Notes: generated from the letters alone by a model not told the origin. A stretch of 64,000 nucleotides of DNA from Candidatus Woesearchaeota archaeon (GCA_018693795.1 JABHMJ010000022.1:146-64145); one strand, 5' to 3'. Shown: positions 9,648 through 18,977, counted from the stretch's first letter. Numbers and translations: made by a program.

Positions 9648-10001
9648 CTAAAGTTCTTTAAGACCTTCATCTGCATTAGTTACGAATCTAAAGCCTACTC
9701 CAGACTTCATTAAGGCAGTGACTAAGGCCATATGTTCTTTTCCTGTGCCTGAAACGAAATTAACTGCAATTTCATCTTTTACTTTTTCTTTTATAATTCC
9801 AGTGATTTCATCTCTTAGTTCTTCCTCTGAAGCTGAAGAATTTACAACTATTAATTCAGTATTTTCTGCTGCTGTAAATTTTTCTTTTCCGAAATCATTT
9901 GTTAGTAAATAGATTTTATCCCAGCTTTCTGCGTTGATTAATCCAGTTACTTGTCCCCAAGTTCCTTTTCCTGTTGATAGGAATGCTATTAAATCTGTCA
10001 T
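9648..10001 (-). CDS. hypothetical protein, possibly nucleotide-binding alpha/beta fold
   Basis: 117 aa; 35 bp upstream of cdc6 on the same strand; the GTGK motif is glycine-rich-loop-like. Confidence 0.4.
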   Translation of the reverse strand: MTDLIAFLSTGKGTWGQVTGLINAESWDKIYLLTNDFGKEKFTAAENTELIVVNSSASEEELRDEITGIIKEKVKDEIAVNFVSGTGKEHMALVTALMKSGVGFRFVTNADEGLKEL

Positions 10002-10376
10002 TTTAAGTTTGATTTTCTTTAGTTGTATTTAAGTTTTGTTGTTTTGGAGCTTGCCAGCTTGCCAAACATGCGGGTGAGATATATAAACATTTTTTCTCAT
10101 AATTAGTATACGTCATGGAGGTGATGTTTAATGGTTAAATACTTACATTGGGAAGATTTTGTTGAGGAAGAATTGGAGATGAAGTTTTGGAAGTTAATAC
10201 ATAATAGCGCGATATGCCACATGAAAATATGAAAATGGGGGAATATAACTATTATGAGAAAGAATGTATAATCCGGCTAGAAGAGGAGGGAGACATAGAT
10301 CCTTATGACGCTGGGTTCATGCATGGGTTTTTAGAAGCATAATAAGGTTTAAAAAACCTAAAATTTAACTTTTTTT

Positions 10377-10961
10377 ATGAATATCTTAGCATTTACAGAT
10401 CCGCACTTTGATGAGAGAATAAATCCTAAATTAATTTCTAAAGCAAAAAAGGCAGATGTTGTAGTTTGTGCTGGAGATTTTACTAATTTTGGAAGGAATT
10501 TTAATAATATAATAAAAGATTTTGATAAGTTTAACAAACCAACTATAGTTGTCCCGGGAAATCATGAAGAGGGAGAAGACTTTAAATTAATAACTGGTAA
10601 GCAAGTTAAATTTTTACACAAGAAAAGCATTATTATTGGAGACTATTTATTTTTTGGATATGGTTATGGTGGATTTTCTGAAAGATATAAAGATCTAGAA
10701 GAGTTAATCCCAAAATTAAAAGAAAAATCTAAAGGAAAGAAAGTTATTTTTGTTACACATCCTCCAATTTATGGAACTACAACGGATTATATTGATTGGG
10801 CAGGACATGTTGGAAATAAATCTGCTTTAAAATTAATAAAAGAAGTGAAACCAATGTTGGTTATTTGTGGACATATTGAAGAGAATTTTGGTCAAATAGA
10901 TAATATAGGTAAAACTATAATAATTAATCCTGGAGATAAAGGGCAAATTTTAGAAGTTTAA
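10377..10961 (+). CDS. metallophosphoesterase (calcineurin-like)
   Basis: Motifs DPHF, GDFTN, GNHE and GH in canonical order. Confidence 0.8.
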   Translation: MNILAFTDPHFDERINPKLISKAKKADVVVCAGDFTNFGRNFNNIIKDFDKFNKPTIVVPGNHEEGEDFKLITGKQVKFLHKKSIIIGDYLFFGYGYGGFSERYKDLEELIPKLKEKSKGKKVIFVTHPPIYGTTTDYIDWAGHVGNKSALKLIKEVKPMLVICGHIEENFGQIDNIGKTIIINPGDKGQILEV

Positions 10962-11119
10962 TTCTTATGTTTTGATATTGCCATTGCTGTGAATCCCAAT
11001 CCCATTCCAATGAATAATCCTGCGGGAACATTTGATATTAAAAATCCAAATCCTAACCCCAAAAAAATTCCGGCTGGAACAAAAATTCCTGCCCTATCTT
11101 CTTTATTTTTTTTAGCCAT
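10958..11119 (-). CDS. small Gly-rich membrane protein (53 aa)
   Basis: Manual translation MAKKNKEDRAGIFVPAGIFLGLGFGFLISNVPAGLFIGMGLGFTAMAISKHKN. Below the ORF-track cutoff. Confidence 0.35.
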   Translation of the reverse strand: MAKKNKEDRAGIFVPAGIFLGLGFGFLISNVPAGLFIGMGLGFTAMAISKHKN

Positions 11120-11150
11120 GATGATTATTTATTTTTTGAATATATAAATA

Positions 11151-11882
11151 TTACTGTAGAAATATACTTTGATAATTCATGAAAATTATTTTTTCTAGTT
11201 CTTCTTCTGTTAATTGTTTTATTTCTGCAATTTTTTTAATTGAATCTTTTATGAAAGCAGGTTCATTTGGTTCTTCTCTTGGAGAAAGATAAGGTGCATC
11301 TGTTTCTGTAAGTAATTTATTTAATGGTATTCTCTTTGCTAGTTTTCTAAATGTTTTATTTTTTGTTACTGAACATGGAACTGTAAAATAATAATTTAAT
11401 TCTATTGCTTTGTCAGTTAATTCTTTATTTCCTGAAAAACAATGCATTATTACTTTTTTAGCATTATTTTCTTCTAAAAGTTTTAAAGTTTCTTCTTCTG
11501 CTTTTCTTGAATGGACTATTATTGGAATATCTAATTCTTTTGCTAAATTTATGAATTTTATTAGAACTTCTTTTTGTCTTTCTATATTTTCTACTCTAAA
11601 ATTGTCTAAGCCTACTTCTCCAATTGCTACTGGGTTACTTTTTTTTATTAATTTAATTTCTTCATCTATTTCTTTGTCTGTTAAAGAAACTGCCTTATCT
11701 GGATACATCCCTAAAGCAGGTTTTACTTTATCGTATAATTTTGCTATTTCAAGAACTCTTTTATTTGATTTTGGTCCAGTTCCATTTGAGATTATTACTT
11801 TTACTTCTTCTTTATTTATTACTTCATCTAGATCTTTTTCTTTTTCTAGTAAATCTAAATGTGTGTGTACATCAATTAACAT
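11151..11882 (-). CDS. tatD: TatD-family metal-dependent hydrolase/DNase
   Basis: N-terminal HxH (DVHTHLD), HCFSG and ETDAPYL motifs. Confidence 0.85.
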   Translation of the reverse strand: MLIDVHTHLDLLEKEKDLDEVINKEEVKVIISNGTGPKSNKRVLEIAKLYDKVKPALGMYPDKAVSLTDKEIDEEIKLIKKSNPVAIGEVGLDNFRVENIERQKEVLIKFINLAKELDIPIIVHSRKAEEETLKLLEENNAKKVIMHCFSGNKELTDKAIELNYYFTVPCSVTKNKTFRKLAKRIPLNKLLTETDAPYLSPREEPNEPAFIKDSIKKIAEIKQLTEEELEKIIFMNYQSIFLQ

Positions 11883-11919
11883 GTTATTTTAGAAGAAGAA
11901 TTTGTTTTTAATTGTTTTG

Positions 11920-12117
11920 TTAAGCATTTACTCCAGTATTTTTTTCATAATGCGCTAATCTTCTTTTATAATAAAGACTGTCTGGATTAATATCTCTCCC
12001 ATACTGTAAACATTCTGCATTTACTTTTAATTGTGCTAAGGTTGGTCTTTGTAATTTTCTGCTCTCGACTATTTCCTCTAATTCATTTCTTAAATCACTC
12101 GGTAATTTTTGGAACAT
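11920..12117 (-). CDS. hypothetical small protein (65 aa)
   Basis: ORF only. Confidence 0.3.
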   Translation of the reverse strand: MFQKLPSDLRNELEEIVESRKLQRPTLAQLKVNAECLQYGRDINPDSLYYKRRLAHYEKNTGVNA

Positions 12118-12148
12118 AATTAAAAATAATCTAAAGAACTATTTAAAA

Positions 12149-13372
12149 TTATTGGAATGGAGATGTAAAGTAACTCCACATTGCAGGCAATAGGAAAAAT
12201 AACAAGAATAATAATAGCATTATACTTACTGTTGCAAATATTGTTTTTGCTGTTTTTTCATTTTTTACAACTGAACTTACTGCAATGAAAAACATTTGTC
12301 CACCATCTACAATTCCCAGAGGAAGCAAATTAACTAATCCAACCATTAAATTTGTTAAGAATAACCAGTAGATTAAGATTGAAAACCATGCGAATATTTG
12401 AACAGGGACTTTTCCAATACTTCCCAAAATTGATTGTTTTATTCCTGTTTTGTTTGCTAGATTTATTCCCATGTATCCATATTCTTTTCCATCTGGATGT
12501 TCAGTCAAAACTAAATTATAAGTATTATTTTCAGTTTGCAATGTAACTTTTTCAAATGGTTCTGTTTTATTCAGTTCATTAAATAATTGTTCTAAAGAAT
12601 TTATTTCTACCCCATTAAAAGAAGTTATTACTTCATTTGTTCCTACTCCCGCTTCAAAGGCTGGAGAGTCATCAGAAATTCCTGCGATAATAACTCCTTG
12701 TTGTTCCATCATTGCACCAGAAAGTGGTGCAAATATTAATGATAAAATTAAGAAAAATACTCCTGCAAAAATAAAGTTTGAGAATGTTCCTGCAGACAAT
12801 ACAGCTAATTGTGCTTTTTTAGATTTCTTGCTCATTTGTTTTTCATCAGGTTCTACAAAAGCAGCAGGAATTATTGGAAGTAGAATTCCAAAGAAAGCAA
12901 ATCCTGAAGATTTAACTTTTATATTGTACATTCTTGCGAAAATACCATGTGAAAATTCGTGAACTGTTGCTAAAATAAATATTGCAATTATCCAATGTAT
13001 AAAAGAAAGTTGTGGCATTCCAGGAATTGTGGCGCCTGGCAATAATGGTGCAACTACTGCTTCCTTTTCTATAAAAAAATATTTGTAAACAGATAATAAG
13101 AATAGATATGTCATGGCCACCATTCCAACAAATCCTAAAGTTATTGAAGTGTAACTTAGCGCATTTTTATATTTCTTTAAACGTTCTGCAATGGAATCCA
13201 TTTTTTTAAGACCCCATTTAGTTTTGTACATAATTAAATATAAGAAAGGAAATAATATTTTTTGTAATTCTATATTTTTTCTTTTGAAATATAATAAAAA
13301 AGTCATAACTAAAGCAAACAATATTAGCATTACATAATCTGTATTTGCGGCTATAAAAGCAGATATCACCAT
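12149..13372 (-). CDS. site-2 protease (M50 family zinc metalloprotease) with PDZ domain
   Basis: HEFSHG (HExxH) in a TM helix, multiple TM segments, and a central PDZ-like segment. Confidence 0.8.
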   Translation of the reverse strand: MVISAFIAANTDYVMLILFALVMTFLLYFKRKNIELQKILFPFLYLIMYKTKWGLKKMDSIAERLKKYKNALSYTSITLGFVGMVAMTYLFLLSVYKYFFIEKEAVVAPLLPGATIPGMPQLSFIHWIIAIFILATVHEFSHGIFARMYNIKVKSSGFAFFGILLPIIPAAFVEPDEKQMSKKSKKAQLAVLSAGTFSNFIFAGVFFLILSLIFAPLSGAMMEQQGVIIAGISDDSPAFEAGVGTNEVITSFNGVEINSLEQLFNELNKTEPFEKVTLQTENNTYNLVLTEHPDGKEYGYMGINLANKTGIKQSILGSIGKVPVQIFAWFSILIYWLFLTNLMVGLVNLLPLGIVDGGQMFFIAVSSVVKNEKTAKTIFATVSIMLLLFLLFFLLPAMWSYFTSPFQ

Positions 13373-13380
13373 TTTAATTA

Positions 13381-13548
13381 TTATTTAGCTTTTCTTGGAA
13401 CTCTAAAAGCTTTTCCACCACATTTTTTACAAAGAATCTTTCCTTGCAATACTTTTTGTGTTGTAGATCTCTTTTTAGATTTGCACTTCTTGCATACGAA
13501 GACGTTTTTGAATAGTCTTGCTTGTGCTTCTTCAAATTTAGATGCCAT
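13381..13548 (-). CDS. rpl40e: 50S ribosomal protein L40e
   Basis: Manual translation MASKFEEAQARLFKNVFVCKKCKSKKRSTTQKVLQGKILCKKCGGKAFRVPRKAK with a C4 zinc ribbon, matching the L40e pattern. Missed by the 60-aa ORF cutoff. Confidence 0.75.
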   Translation of the reverse strand: MASKFEEAQARLFKNVFVCKKCKSKKRSTTQKVLQGKILCKKCGGKAFRVPRKAK

Positions 13549-13550
13549 TT

Positions 13551-13937
13551 TTATTTAGATCTTAGTACTTTTTTGCCTAAGATAATCCAATAGTTTACTT
13601 GGTCACCTTCTTTTACTTGGTCTTTTAAGTCTTCCGGTATATCCAAATCAAATGTTTCATAGGATTTCATATCCATTACATTTGCTTTATCTCCAGCAAT
13701 AGACAATACTTGTGCAGTTTCCTTTTCAATTATTGGAACTTCTACTTTGTCATGTCCTGGGAAAACTTTAATGATCTTTGAACCATTTGTTATTGAGACA
13801 GCAGCTATTCTTGCTTTTGCATGCCCGTGTTTTCCAGTCTTAGAAATTTCTATAGATGTTACTTTGCAAGCCTTATCATCAAAGATAACAAAGCCACCAA
13901 CTTTTAAACCACTTGCATGAACTAATTTTTTATCCAT
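13551..13937 (-). CDS. eif5a: translation initiation factor 5A (aIF-5A)
   Basis: Hypusination loop STSKTGKHGHAK-like (SKTGKHGHAKARI). Confidence 0.9.
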   Translation of the reverse strand: MDKKLVHASGLKVGGFVIFDDKACKVTSIEISKTGKHGHAKARIAAVSITNGSKIIKVFPGHDKVEVPIIEKETAQVLSIAGDKANVMDMKSYETFDLDIPEDLKDQVKEGDQVNYWIILGKKVLRSK

Positions 13938-13978
13938 TATAAAAAAGAAAGAAAGCCATGTCTTTATAAAATTTTTGT

Positions 13979-14266
13979 TTATAATCTGGCTAAAGTTTTC
14001 ATTACATCATCAATTTCCTTTTGTTGTTTCTTGGATCTTGACTTTTTTTTCTTTTCCATTAAAGTATCTGCTAATATTTTTTCCATGTATTTTAATCTAA
14101 TAGTTGTTTCTGCTAATTCTTTAGAAACATTTCCCAATGCACACCAAAGTTGCGCTTCTCTTGGGTTCTTTGAAAGAATTAGTGCTTCTCTATTCGCTGA
14201 AGCTTGAGTTATTCTTCCTTCTACATGGTCTTTTATTACCGGATCTATTTCATTTCGCCAATTCAT
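13979..14266 (-). CDS. hypothetical protein (95 aa)
   Basis: ORF with balanced composition; no family recognized. Confidence 0.3.
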   Translation of the reverse strand: MNWRNEIDPVIKDHVEGRITQASANREALILSKNPREAQLWCALGNVSKELAETTIRLKYMEKILADTLMEKKKKSRSKKQQKEIDDVMKTLARL

Positions 14267-14354
14267 CTTACCATGGGGGAGTGGGAATGAACTTAAAAAG
14301 TTTTTTATTGTGTAATATCACAAATTTATTAAATGTAGTTTAACTTCTAAAAAT

Positions 14355-14732
14355 ATGGCAACACCCTACCTTGATGGAAATTCTTTATCTATTCGAACAG
14401 AATCATTATTAAAAAAATATCGAGGATTTAATGTTTCACTAGGAGAAGCGATTCAAATAATTGAATCAAATGATGAGCCATACATTATAAGAGATTTAGC
14501 TTCAAGACATTTTGAACATGCTAGGAAAGCAGGATTAGTTGCTTTAATTTCTACAATTCCTCCTGCTATTGGACTTTATGTGGCACAAGAAACTAGTAAT
14601 GAAATAATTGCGCATATTTCTTCTTATTTAACAACAGTACCTCTTGTTTCTTCATTTCTTTCAATTATAGAAACCGGATCTGGCATTTGGAATAAAACTA
14701 GTGCTGGACTGATTGAATTTTTTGGAGATTAA
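14355..14732 (+). CDS. hypothetical protein (125 aa)
   Basis: ORF only. Confidence 0.35.
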   Translation: MATPYLDGNSLSIRTESLLKKYRGFNVSLGEAIQIIESNDEPYIIRDLASRHFEHARKAGLVALISTIPPAIGLYVAQETSNEIIAHISSYLTTVPLVSSFLSIIETGSGIWNKTSAGLIEFFGD

Positions 14733-14775
14733 TCTAGAGTAAAATTTAAATAGTACTTCTAAACTCAAATTAAAC

Positions 14776-15447
14776 ATGGTAAAAATAAAGAAAGGCGATT
14801 TTGTTGAACTAGATTATACTGGCAAAGTTAAATTAATGGATAAAGTTTTTGATACAAGTAATGAAGAAGTTGCTAAATCCAATAATATTTATAATGAAAA
14901 AATGAAATATGGGCCGATTACTATTTGTGTTGGTGAAAAAAATGTTCTACAAGGATTGGATGATGAACTAGATGGTAAAGAAACTGGGAAGGATTATGAA
15001 ATTGATATTGCTCCAGAAAAAGCATTTGGTAAAAAAGATCCTAAAAAAATGAAAATTGTTTCTATGAGTTTATTTAGAAAACAAAAAATGAACCCTTATC
15101 CTGGATTACAAATTAATGCTGATGGAATGATTGGGACAGTAAGAAGTGTTAGTGGAGGAAGAGTTAATTTGGATTTTAATCATCCTTTAGCAGGAAGAGA
15201 TTTGGTTTATACTTTTAAAATTTTAAAGAAAGTTGAAGATTTAAAAGAAAAAGTTGATAGCGTTATGAAATTTGGGTTAGAAATGTTTGGCCCAGATATG
15301 TTTAAGAAAGAATTAACTGAAAATAATCTTAAAATTACTTCTAAAATCAAGATGCCGGAACAAATTGTGAAAACATTTTCTGATAAATTTAAAAAATTAG
15401 TTCCTGGGCTTGAAAAAGTTGAATTTATAGAGGAAAAACCTAAATAA
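14776..15447 (+). CDS. FKBP-type peptidyl-prolyl cis-trans isomerase (long archaeal type with IF insert)
   Basis: N-terminus KKGDFVELDYTGK, typical of SlyD/FKBP. Confidence 0.8.
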   Translation: MVKIKKGDFVELDYTGKVKLMDKVFDTSNEEVAKSNNIYNEKMKYGPITICVGEKNVLQGLDDELDGKETGKDYEIDIAPEKAFGKKDPKKMKIVSMSLFRKQKMNPYPGLQINADGMIGTVRSVSGGRVNLDFNHPLAGRDLVYTFKILKKVEDLKEKVDSVMKFGLEMFGPDMFKKELTENNLKITSKIKMPEQIVKTFSDKFKKLVPGLEKVEFIEEKPK

Positions 15448-15528
15448 CCACTTTAGGATAATTAACTTTATAAATTAAATTGGATTCCCCTTTTTATGCT
15501 AGATTGTACAAATAGAGGGGGATTTTAA

Positions 15529-16656
15529 ATGGATAGTATAATTCAAAATGTTCAAGAAAGGAACCCGGTTGTTTCTGATAGATTTGAAAGAAGAGCTCCG
15601 GAAAGATTAAGTTCTGTCGACGAAGAATTGGAAGCAATTTTATCAAAACAGAAAGCAAAAATAAAGGTTATTGGTGTTGGTGGCGGAGGAAATAATACAA
15701 TAAATAGAATTTCTGAAGTTGGAATTACTGGTGCTGAAACTGTTGCTGTAAATACAGATGCTCAAGATTTATTATATACAAATTCAACTCACAAAGTTTT
15801 GATTGGGAAAGAACTAACTCAAGGACTTGGTGCAGGTAGTATCCCTCAAGTTGGAGAAGAATCTGCCAGAGAGAGTGAACATGATATTAGAGAAGTTTTG
15901 AAAGGCGCAGATATGGCTTTCATAACATGTGGAATGGGTGGAGGAACTGGAACTGGTGCTGCCCCTGTTGTTGCAGATATTGCTAAAAAATTGGGAATGT
16001 TAACTGTGGGAATAATTACTTTGCCATTTGAAATGGAAGGACATAGAAGATATGAAAATGCTGTTCTTGGTCTTGAAAAGATGGAAAGTATTGTTGATAC
16101 TTTAATTGTAATACCGAATGATAAATTATTGGAGCTGGCTCCAGATTTGCCACTTCATACTGCATTTAAGGTTGCTGATGAAATTTTGACAAATGCTGTA
16201 AAAGGTATTGCAGAATTGGTAACAAAAGCAGGTTTAGTTAACTTAGACTTTGCAGATATTAAAACAGTCATGGGGAAAGGAGGAGTAGCTATGATTGGTG
16301 TTGGTGAATCTGACAGTGAAAATAGAGCTAAAGAAGCTGTTGAAAAAGCAATTCACAACCCATTATTAGATGTTGATATAAATGGTGCAAATGGTGCATT
16401 GATTAATGTTTGTGGTGGGGCTGATATGACATTAGAAGAAGCTAAACAAGTTGTTGAATCTGTATCTGATAAATTAGATGAAGATGCAAGAATAATTTGG
16501 GGAGCTCAAATAATGGAAGATTTGGAAAAAACACTTCGAGTTATGTTGATTGTTACTGGAGTAAATAGCCCACAAATCTTTGGCCCAAGGAAAGTTAATA
16601 AAGAAGTTGAGAAGAGAGAAATCGAAAATGAGCTTGGAATTGACTTTGTAGATTAA
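15529..16656 (+). CDS. ftsZ: cell division GTPase FtsZ
   Basis: Tubulin signature GGGTGTGAAPVVA and GVGGGGNN. Confidence 0.95.
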   Translation: MDSIIQNVQERNPVVSDRFERRAPERLSSVDEELEAILSKQKAKIKVIGVGGGGNNTINRISEVGITGAETVAVNTDAQDLLYTNSTHKVLIGKELTQGLGAGSIPQVGEESARESEHDIREVLKGADMAFITCGMGGGTGTGAAPVVADIAKKLGMLTVGIITLPFEMEGHRRYENAVLGLEKMESIVDTLIVIPNDKLLELAPDLPLHTAFKVADEILTNAVKGIAELVTKAGLVNLDFADIKTVMGKGGVAMIGVGESDSENRAKEAVEKAIHNPLLDVDINGANGALINVCGGADMTLEEAKQVVESVSDKLDEDARIIWGAQIMEDLEKTLRVMLIVTGVNSPQIFGPRKVNKEVEKREIENELGIDFVD

Positions 16657-16680
16657 AATCTACTTTTTCTTTTTATTATA

Positions 16681-16696
16681 GAAAGGTTTATAAATT
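16681..16696 (+). promoter_or_regulatory. BRE/TATA promoter element GAAAGGTTTATAAATT upstream of secE-spt5-L11 operon
   Basis: Purine-rich BRE plus TTTATAAA about 50 nt upstream of the SecE start. A similar motif recurs at 18238 and 20217, and on the minus strand at 25167. Confidence 0.4.
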
Positions 16697-16743
16697 AAAT
16701 ATTTTCCTCAACATATGTTATTCTAAGGAATTAAGGACCTAAG

Positions 16744-16941
16744 ATGGAACAAGAAAATCAAAAAAGAAGCGTATTTTCAAAGTTAAGAAGCTTTGCTACT
16801 CAGAGTAAAAGAGTTTTTAAAGTTACTAAGAAACCTACGAAAGAAGAATTGAAGGTAACTGTGAAGGTTACTGGGATAGGAATACTTTTGATAGGTGCTA
16901 TTGGATTCCTTATTCACATAGCATGGAAATTACTAGGTTAA
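16744..16941 (+). CDS. secE: protein translocase subunit SecE (Sec61 gamma)
   Basis: 65 aa with a single C-terminal TM, in the conserved position before Spt5-L11. Confidence 0.8.
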   Translation: MEQENQKRSVFSKLRSFATQSKRVFKVTKKPTKEELKVTVKVTGIGILLIGAIGFLIHIAWKLLG

Positions 16942-16942
16942 A

Positions 16943-17422
16943 ATGGAAACAGAAGTAAAAAAAGAAACAGAAATATTAACATTAAGAACTACTGCGAATA
17001 GAGAAGATCAAGTTTTAGATTTTGTCTCTGCAAATGTTGAAAAGAAAGGATTGCACGTTTATAGCATATTTAGGCCTCATGGATTAAGAGGGTATGTATT
17101 TATTGAAGCAAGAAGTAGGGCAGATGCTGAAGAAGCTTGTGCTGGTGTTCCGTATGCAAGAGGAATTTTGCCTGGAAATTTAGATTATTCTGAAATTGAA
17201 CATATGATTGAACAAGCAAAAGCTACAGTAGATATCAGAAAGAATGATATTGTAGAAATTATTGCTGGTCCATTCAAGAGAGAAAAAGCGAGAGTAGTTA
17301 GAATTGATGAAGCAAAGGGAGAAGTTGTCGTTGAACTTCTTGAAGCTGCGGTTCCAATTCCAATTACTGTAAGTTTAGATTCTGTTAAAGTAATAAGAAG
17401 AGAAGGAGACGAAAAAGAATGA
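16943..17422 (+). CDS. spt5: transcription elongation factor Spt5 (NusG)
   Basis: NGN domain plus a KOW motif (IVEIIAGPFKREKARVV). Confidence 0.85.
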   Translation: METEVKKETEILTLRTTANREDQVLDFVSANVEKKGLHVYSIFRPHGLRGYVFIEARSRADAEEACAGVPYARGILPGNLDYSEIEHMIEQAKATVDIRKNDIVEIIAGPFKREKARVVRIDEAKGEVVVELLEAAVPIPITVSLDSVKVIRREGDEKE

Positions 17423-18087
17423 GTAAAGAAAAAGTAGATGTAATGATCGAGGGTGGAAAGGCTTCAGCCGGTCCAGCAATGGGACAAGCATTTGGTCCAT
17501 TGGGAGTAAATATTCAAGACATTTTAGCAAAAATTAATGAAAAAACTGCAGACTTTAAAGGAATGAAAGTTCCTGTTACTGTTATTGTAGATACAGAGGA
17601 TAAATCTTTTGATTTAGAGATTGGAACTCCTCCTGTTTCTGAATTGATTAAAAAAGAAATTAATCTTCAAAAAGGATCTGGATTACAAAAAATTAAGAAA
17701 TCTGCAAACATGGCAATGGAACATATTGTAAAAGTTGCTAAAATGAAAACAGATTCTATGTTATCAAAAGATTTGAAAGCTTCTGTTAAAACTGTTATCG
17801 GGAGTTGTGGCCCTATGGGGATTCTTATCGAGAGTAAACCTTTAGATGAAGTTACTAAAGAAGTAGATGAAGGAAAATATGATGAATTAATTAACTCTGG
17901 AAATACTGAAGTTAGTGATGAAAAACTTAAGCAATTGAACGCTGATTTGAAAGAAATTAATATTGCATTAGAAAGCAGATATAGTAAAGAATTAGCTAAA
18001 ATTGAAGAAGATAAAGAAGCTGCTGCTGCACCTGCTGAAGGTGAAGAAGCCGCTAAAGAAGAAGATTCCAAAGAAGAAAAGAAATAA
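17419..18087 (+). CDS. rpl11: 50S ribosomal protein L11 with acidic Ala/Glu-rich C-terminal extension
   Basis: Conserved L11 N-terminus (GGKASAGPAMGQAFGPLGVNI) plus an extra ~60 aa ending AAAAPAEGEEAAKEEDSKEEKK. Confidence 0.9.
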   Translation: MSKEKVDVMIEGGKASAGPAMGQAFGPLGVNIQDILAKINEKTADFKGMKVPVTVIVDTEDKSFDLEIGTPPVSELIKKEINLQKGSGLQKIKKSANMAMEHIVKVAKMKTDSMLSKDLKASVKTVIGSCGPMGILIESKPLDEVTKEVDEGKYDELINSGNTEVSDEKLKQLNADLKEINIALESRYSKELAKIEEDKEAAAAPAEGEEAAKEEDSKEEKK

Positions 18088-18153
18088 CTTTTCTTACCTT
18101 TTTTTTATTTTTAGTAACATTTATTAATGTAATAAAACCGATGAATCTATCGC

Positions 18154-18226
18154 GGGGTAATGGTGTAACTTGGTAGCACTCGACGTTTGGGGCGTCGGAA
18201 TCGGGGTTCAAATCCTCGTTACCCCA
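18154..18226 (+). tRNA. tRNA-Pro (anticodon UGG)
   Basis: Hand-folded cloverleaf: acceptor GGGGTAA/TTACCCC, anticodon stem CGACG/CGTCG with loop TTTGGGG, T-loop TTCAAAT. CCA is not encoded. Confidence 0.85.
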
Positions 18227-18237
18227 TATTTGAAATT

Positions 18238-18252
18238 AGAAAGGTTTTTAAA
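18238..18252 (+). promoter_or_regulatory. BRE/TATA promoter element AGAAAGGTTTTTAAA upstream of L37ae
   Basis: Matches the recurring promoter consensus, about 35 nt upstream of the start. Confidence 0.4.
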
Positions 18253-18287
18253 AGGAAATTTAACTCAGAAAATAGAGTTTTAGAAAG

Positions 18288-18500
18288 ATGGTAAAAAAAA
18301 CTAAGGGAAGCGGAAGATTTGGAGCAAGATATGGTGCGCCATTGAAGCAAAAGAGACTTAATATTGAAGAAAAGCAGAAAAAGCTATACAAATGTCCTTT
18401 GTGTTTAAAGGAGAAAGTAAAGAGAGTTAGTTCTGGAATTTGGTATTGTAGTAAATGTGATGTAAAATTTGCTGGTAAGGCATACTCATTGGGAGAATAA
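18288..18500 (+). CDS. rpl37ae: 50S ribosomal protein L37Ae
   Basis: GRFGARYGAPLK motif and a C4 zinc ribbon (CPLC...CSKC). Confidence 0.85.
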   Translation: MVKKTKGSGRFGARYGAPLKQKRLNIEEKQKKLYKCPLCLKEKVKRVSSGIWYCSKCDVKFAGKAYSLGE

Positions 18501-18502
18501 AA

Positions 18503-18640
18503 ATGGTTGAATATAAATGTTTCAATTGTGGGAAAAAAATTGATAGTACAACTTTAAGAAAAAGAGTTAGATGCATATACTGTGGATCTAAAATATTATT
18601 TAAACCAAGATCTATTGGTACAAAAGTAAAGGCAATTTAA
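18503..18640 (+). CDS. rpoP: DNA-directed RNA polymerase subunit P (Rpo12/RpoP)
   Basis: Manual translation MVEYKCFNCGKKIDSTTLRKRVRCIYCGSKILFKPRSIGTKVKAI: a 45-aa C4 zinc ribbon in the conserved L37ae-RpoP-prefoldin position. Confidence 0.7.
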   Translation: MVEYKCFNCGKKIDSTTLRKRVRCIYCGSKILFKPRSIGTKVKAI

Positions 18641-18641
18641 A

Positions 18642-18977
18642 ATGGAAAATATCGATAAAGAGACAAAAAAGAAGATCTCTAAATTACAAATGTTAGAACA
18701 GCGATTGCAAAGCCTTGCAATGCAAAAACAAACATTCCAAACACAAAGTATGGAATCCGATAATGCTTTAAGAGAAATTGATAATTCTGAGGACACTTAC
18801 AAAGTTGTAGGTAACGTTATGATCTCTGTGGAAAAGACTGAATTAAAAAAAGAATTGACGTCAAAAAAGGAAATGGCAGATATGAAAGTTACTAATTTGG
18901 AAAAAGAAGAGAAAAAACTGAGAGAAGAAGCAACAGAATTACAAAAAGAAGTTATGGGTTCCATCAAAAATGAGTGA
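18642..18977 (+). CDS. pfdB: prefoldin beta subunit
   Basis: Coiled-coil, beta hairpin (YKVVGNVMI), coiled-coil layout; the position after RpoP is conserved. Confidence 0.75.
   Translation: MENIDKETKKKISKLQMLEQRLQSLAMQKQTFQTQSMESDNALREIDNSEDTYKVVGNVMISVEKTELKKELTSKKEMADMKVTNLEKEEKKLREEATELQKEVMGSIKNE

Noticed and set aside
10002-10376. Considered CRISPR array, SRP RNA or RNase P RNA for the GC-richer non-coding region
   Set aside because: No regularly spaced identical repeats (not CRISPR). I could not find the conserved RNase P (GAAAGUCC-type) or SRP domain IV motifs by eye. Kept only as a candidate origin or ncRNA finding.
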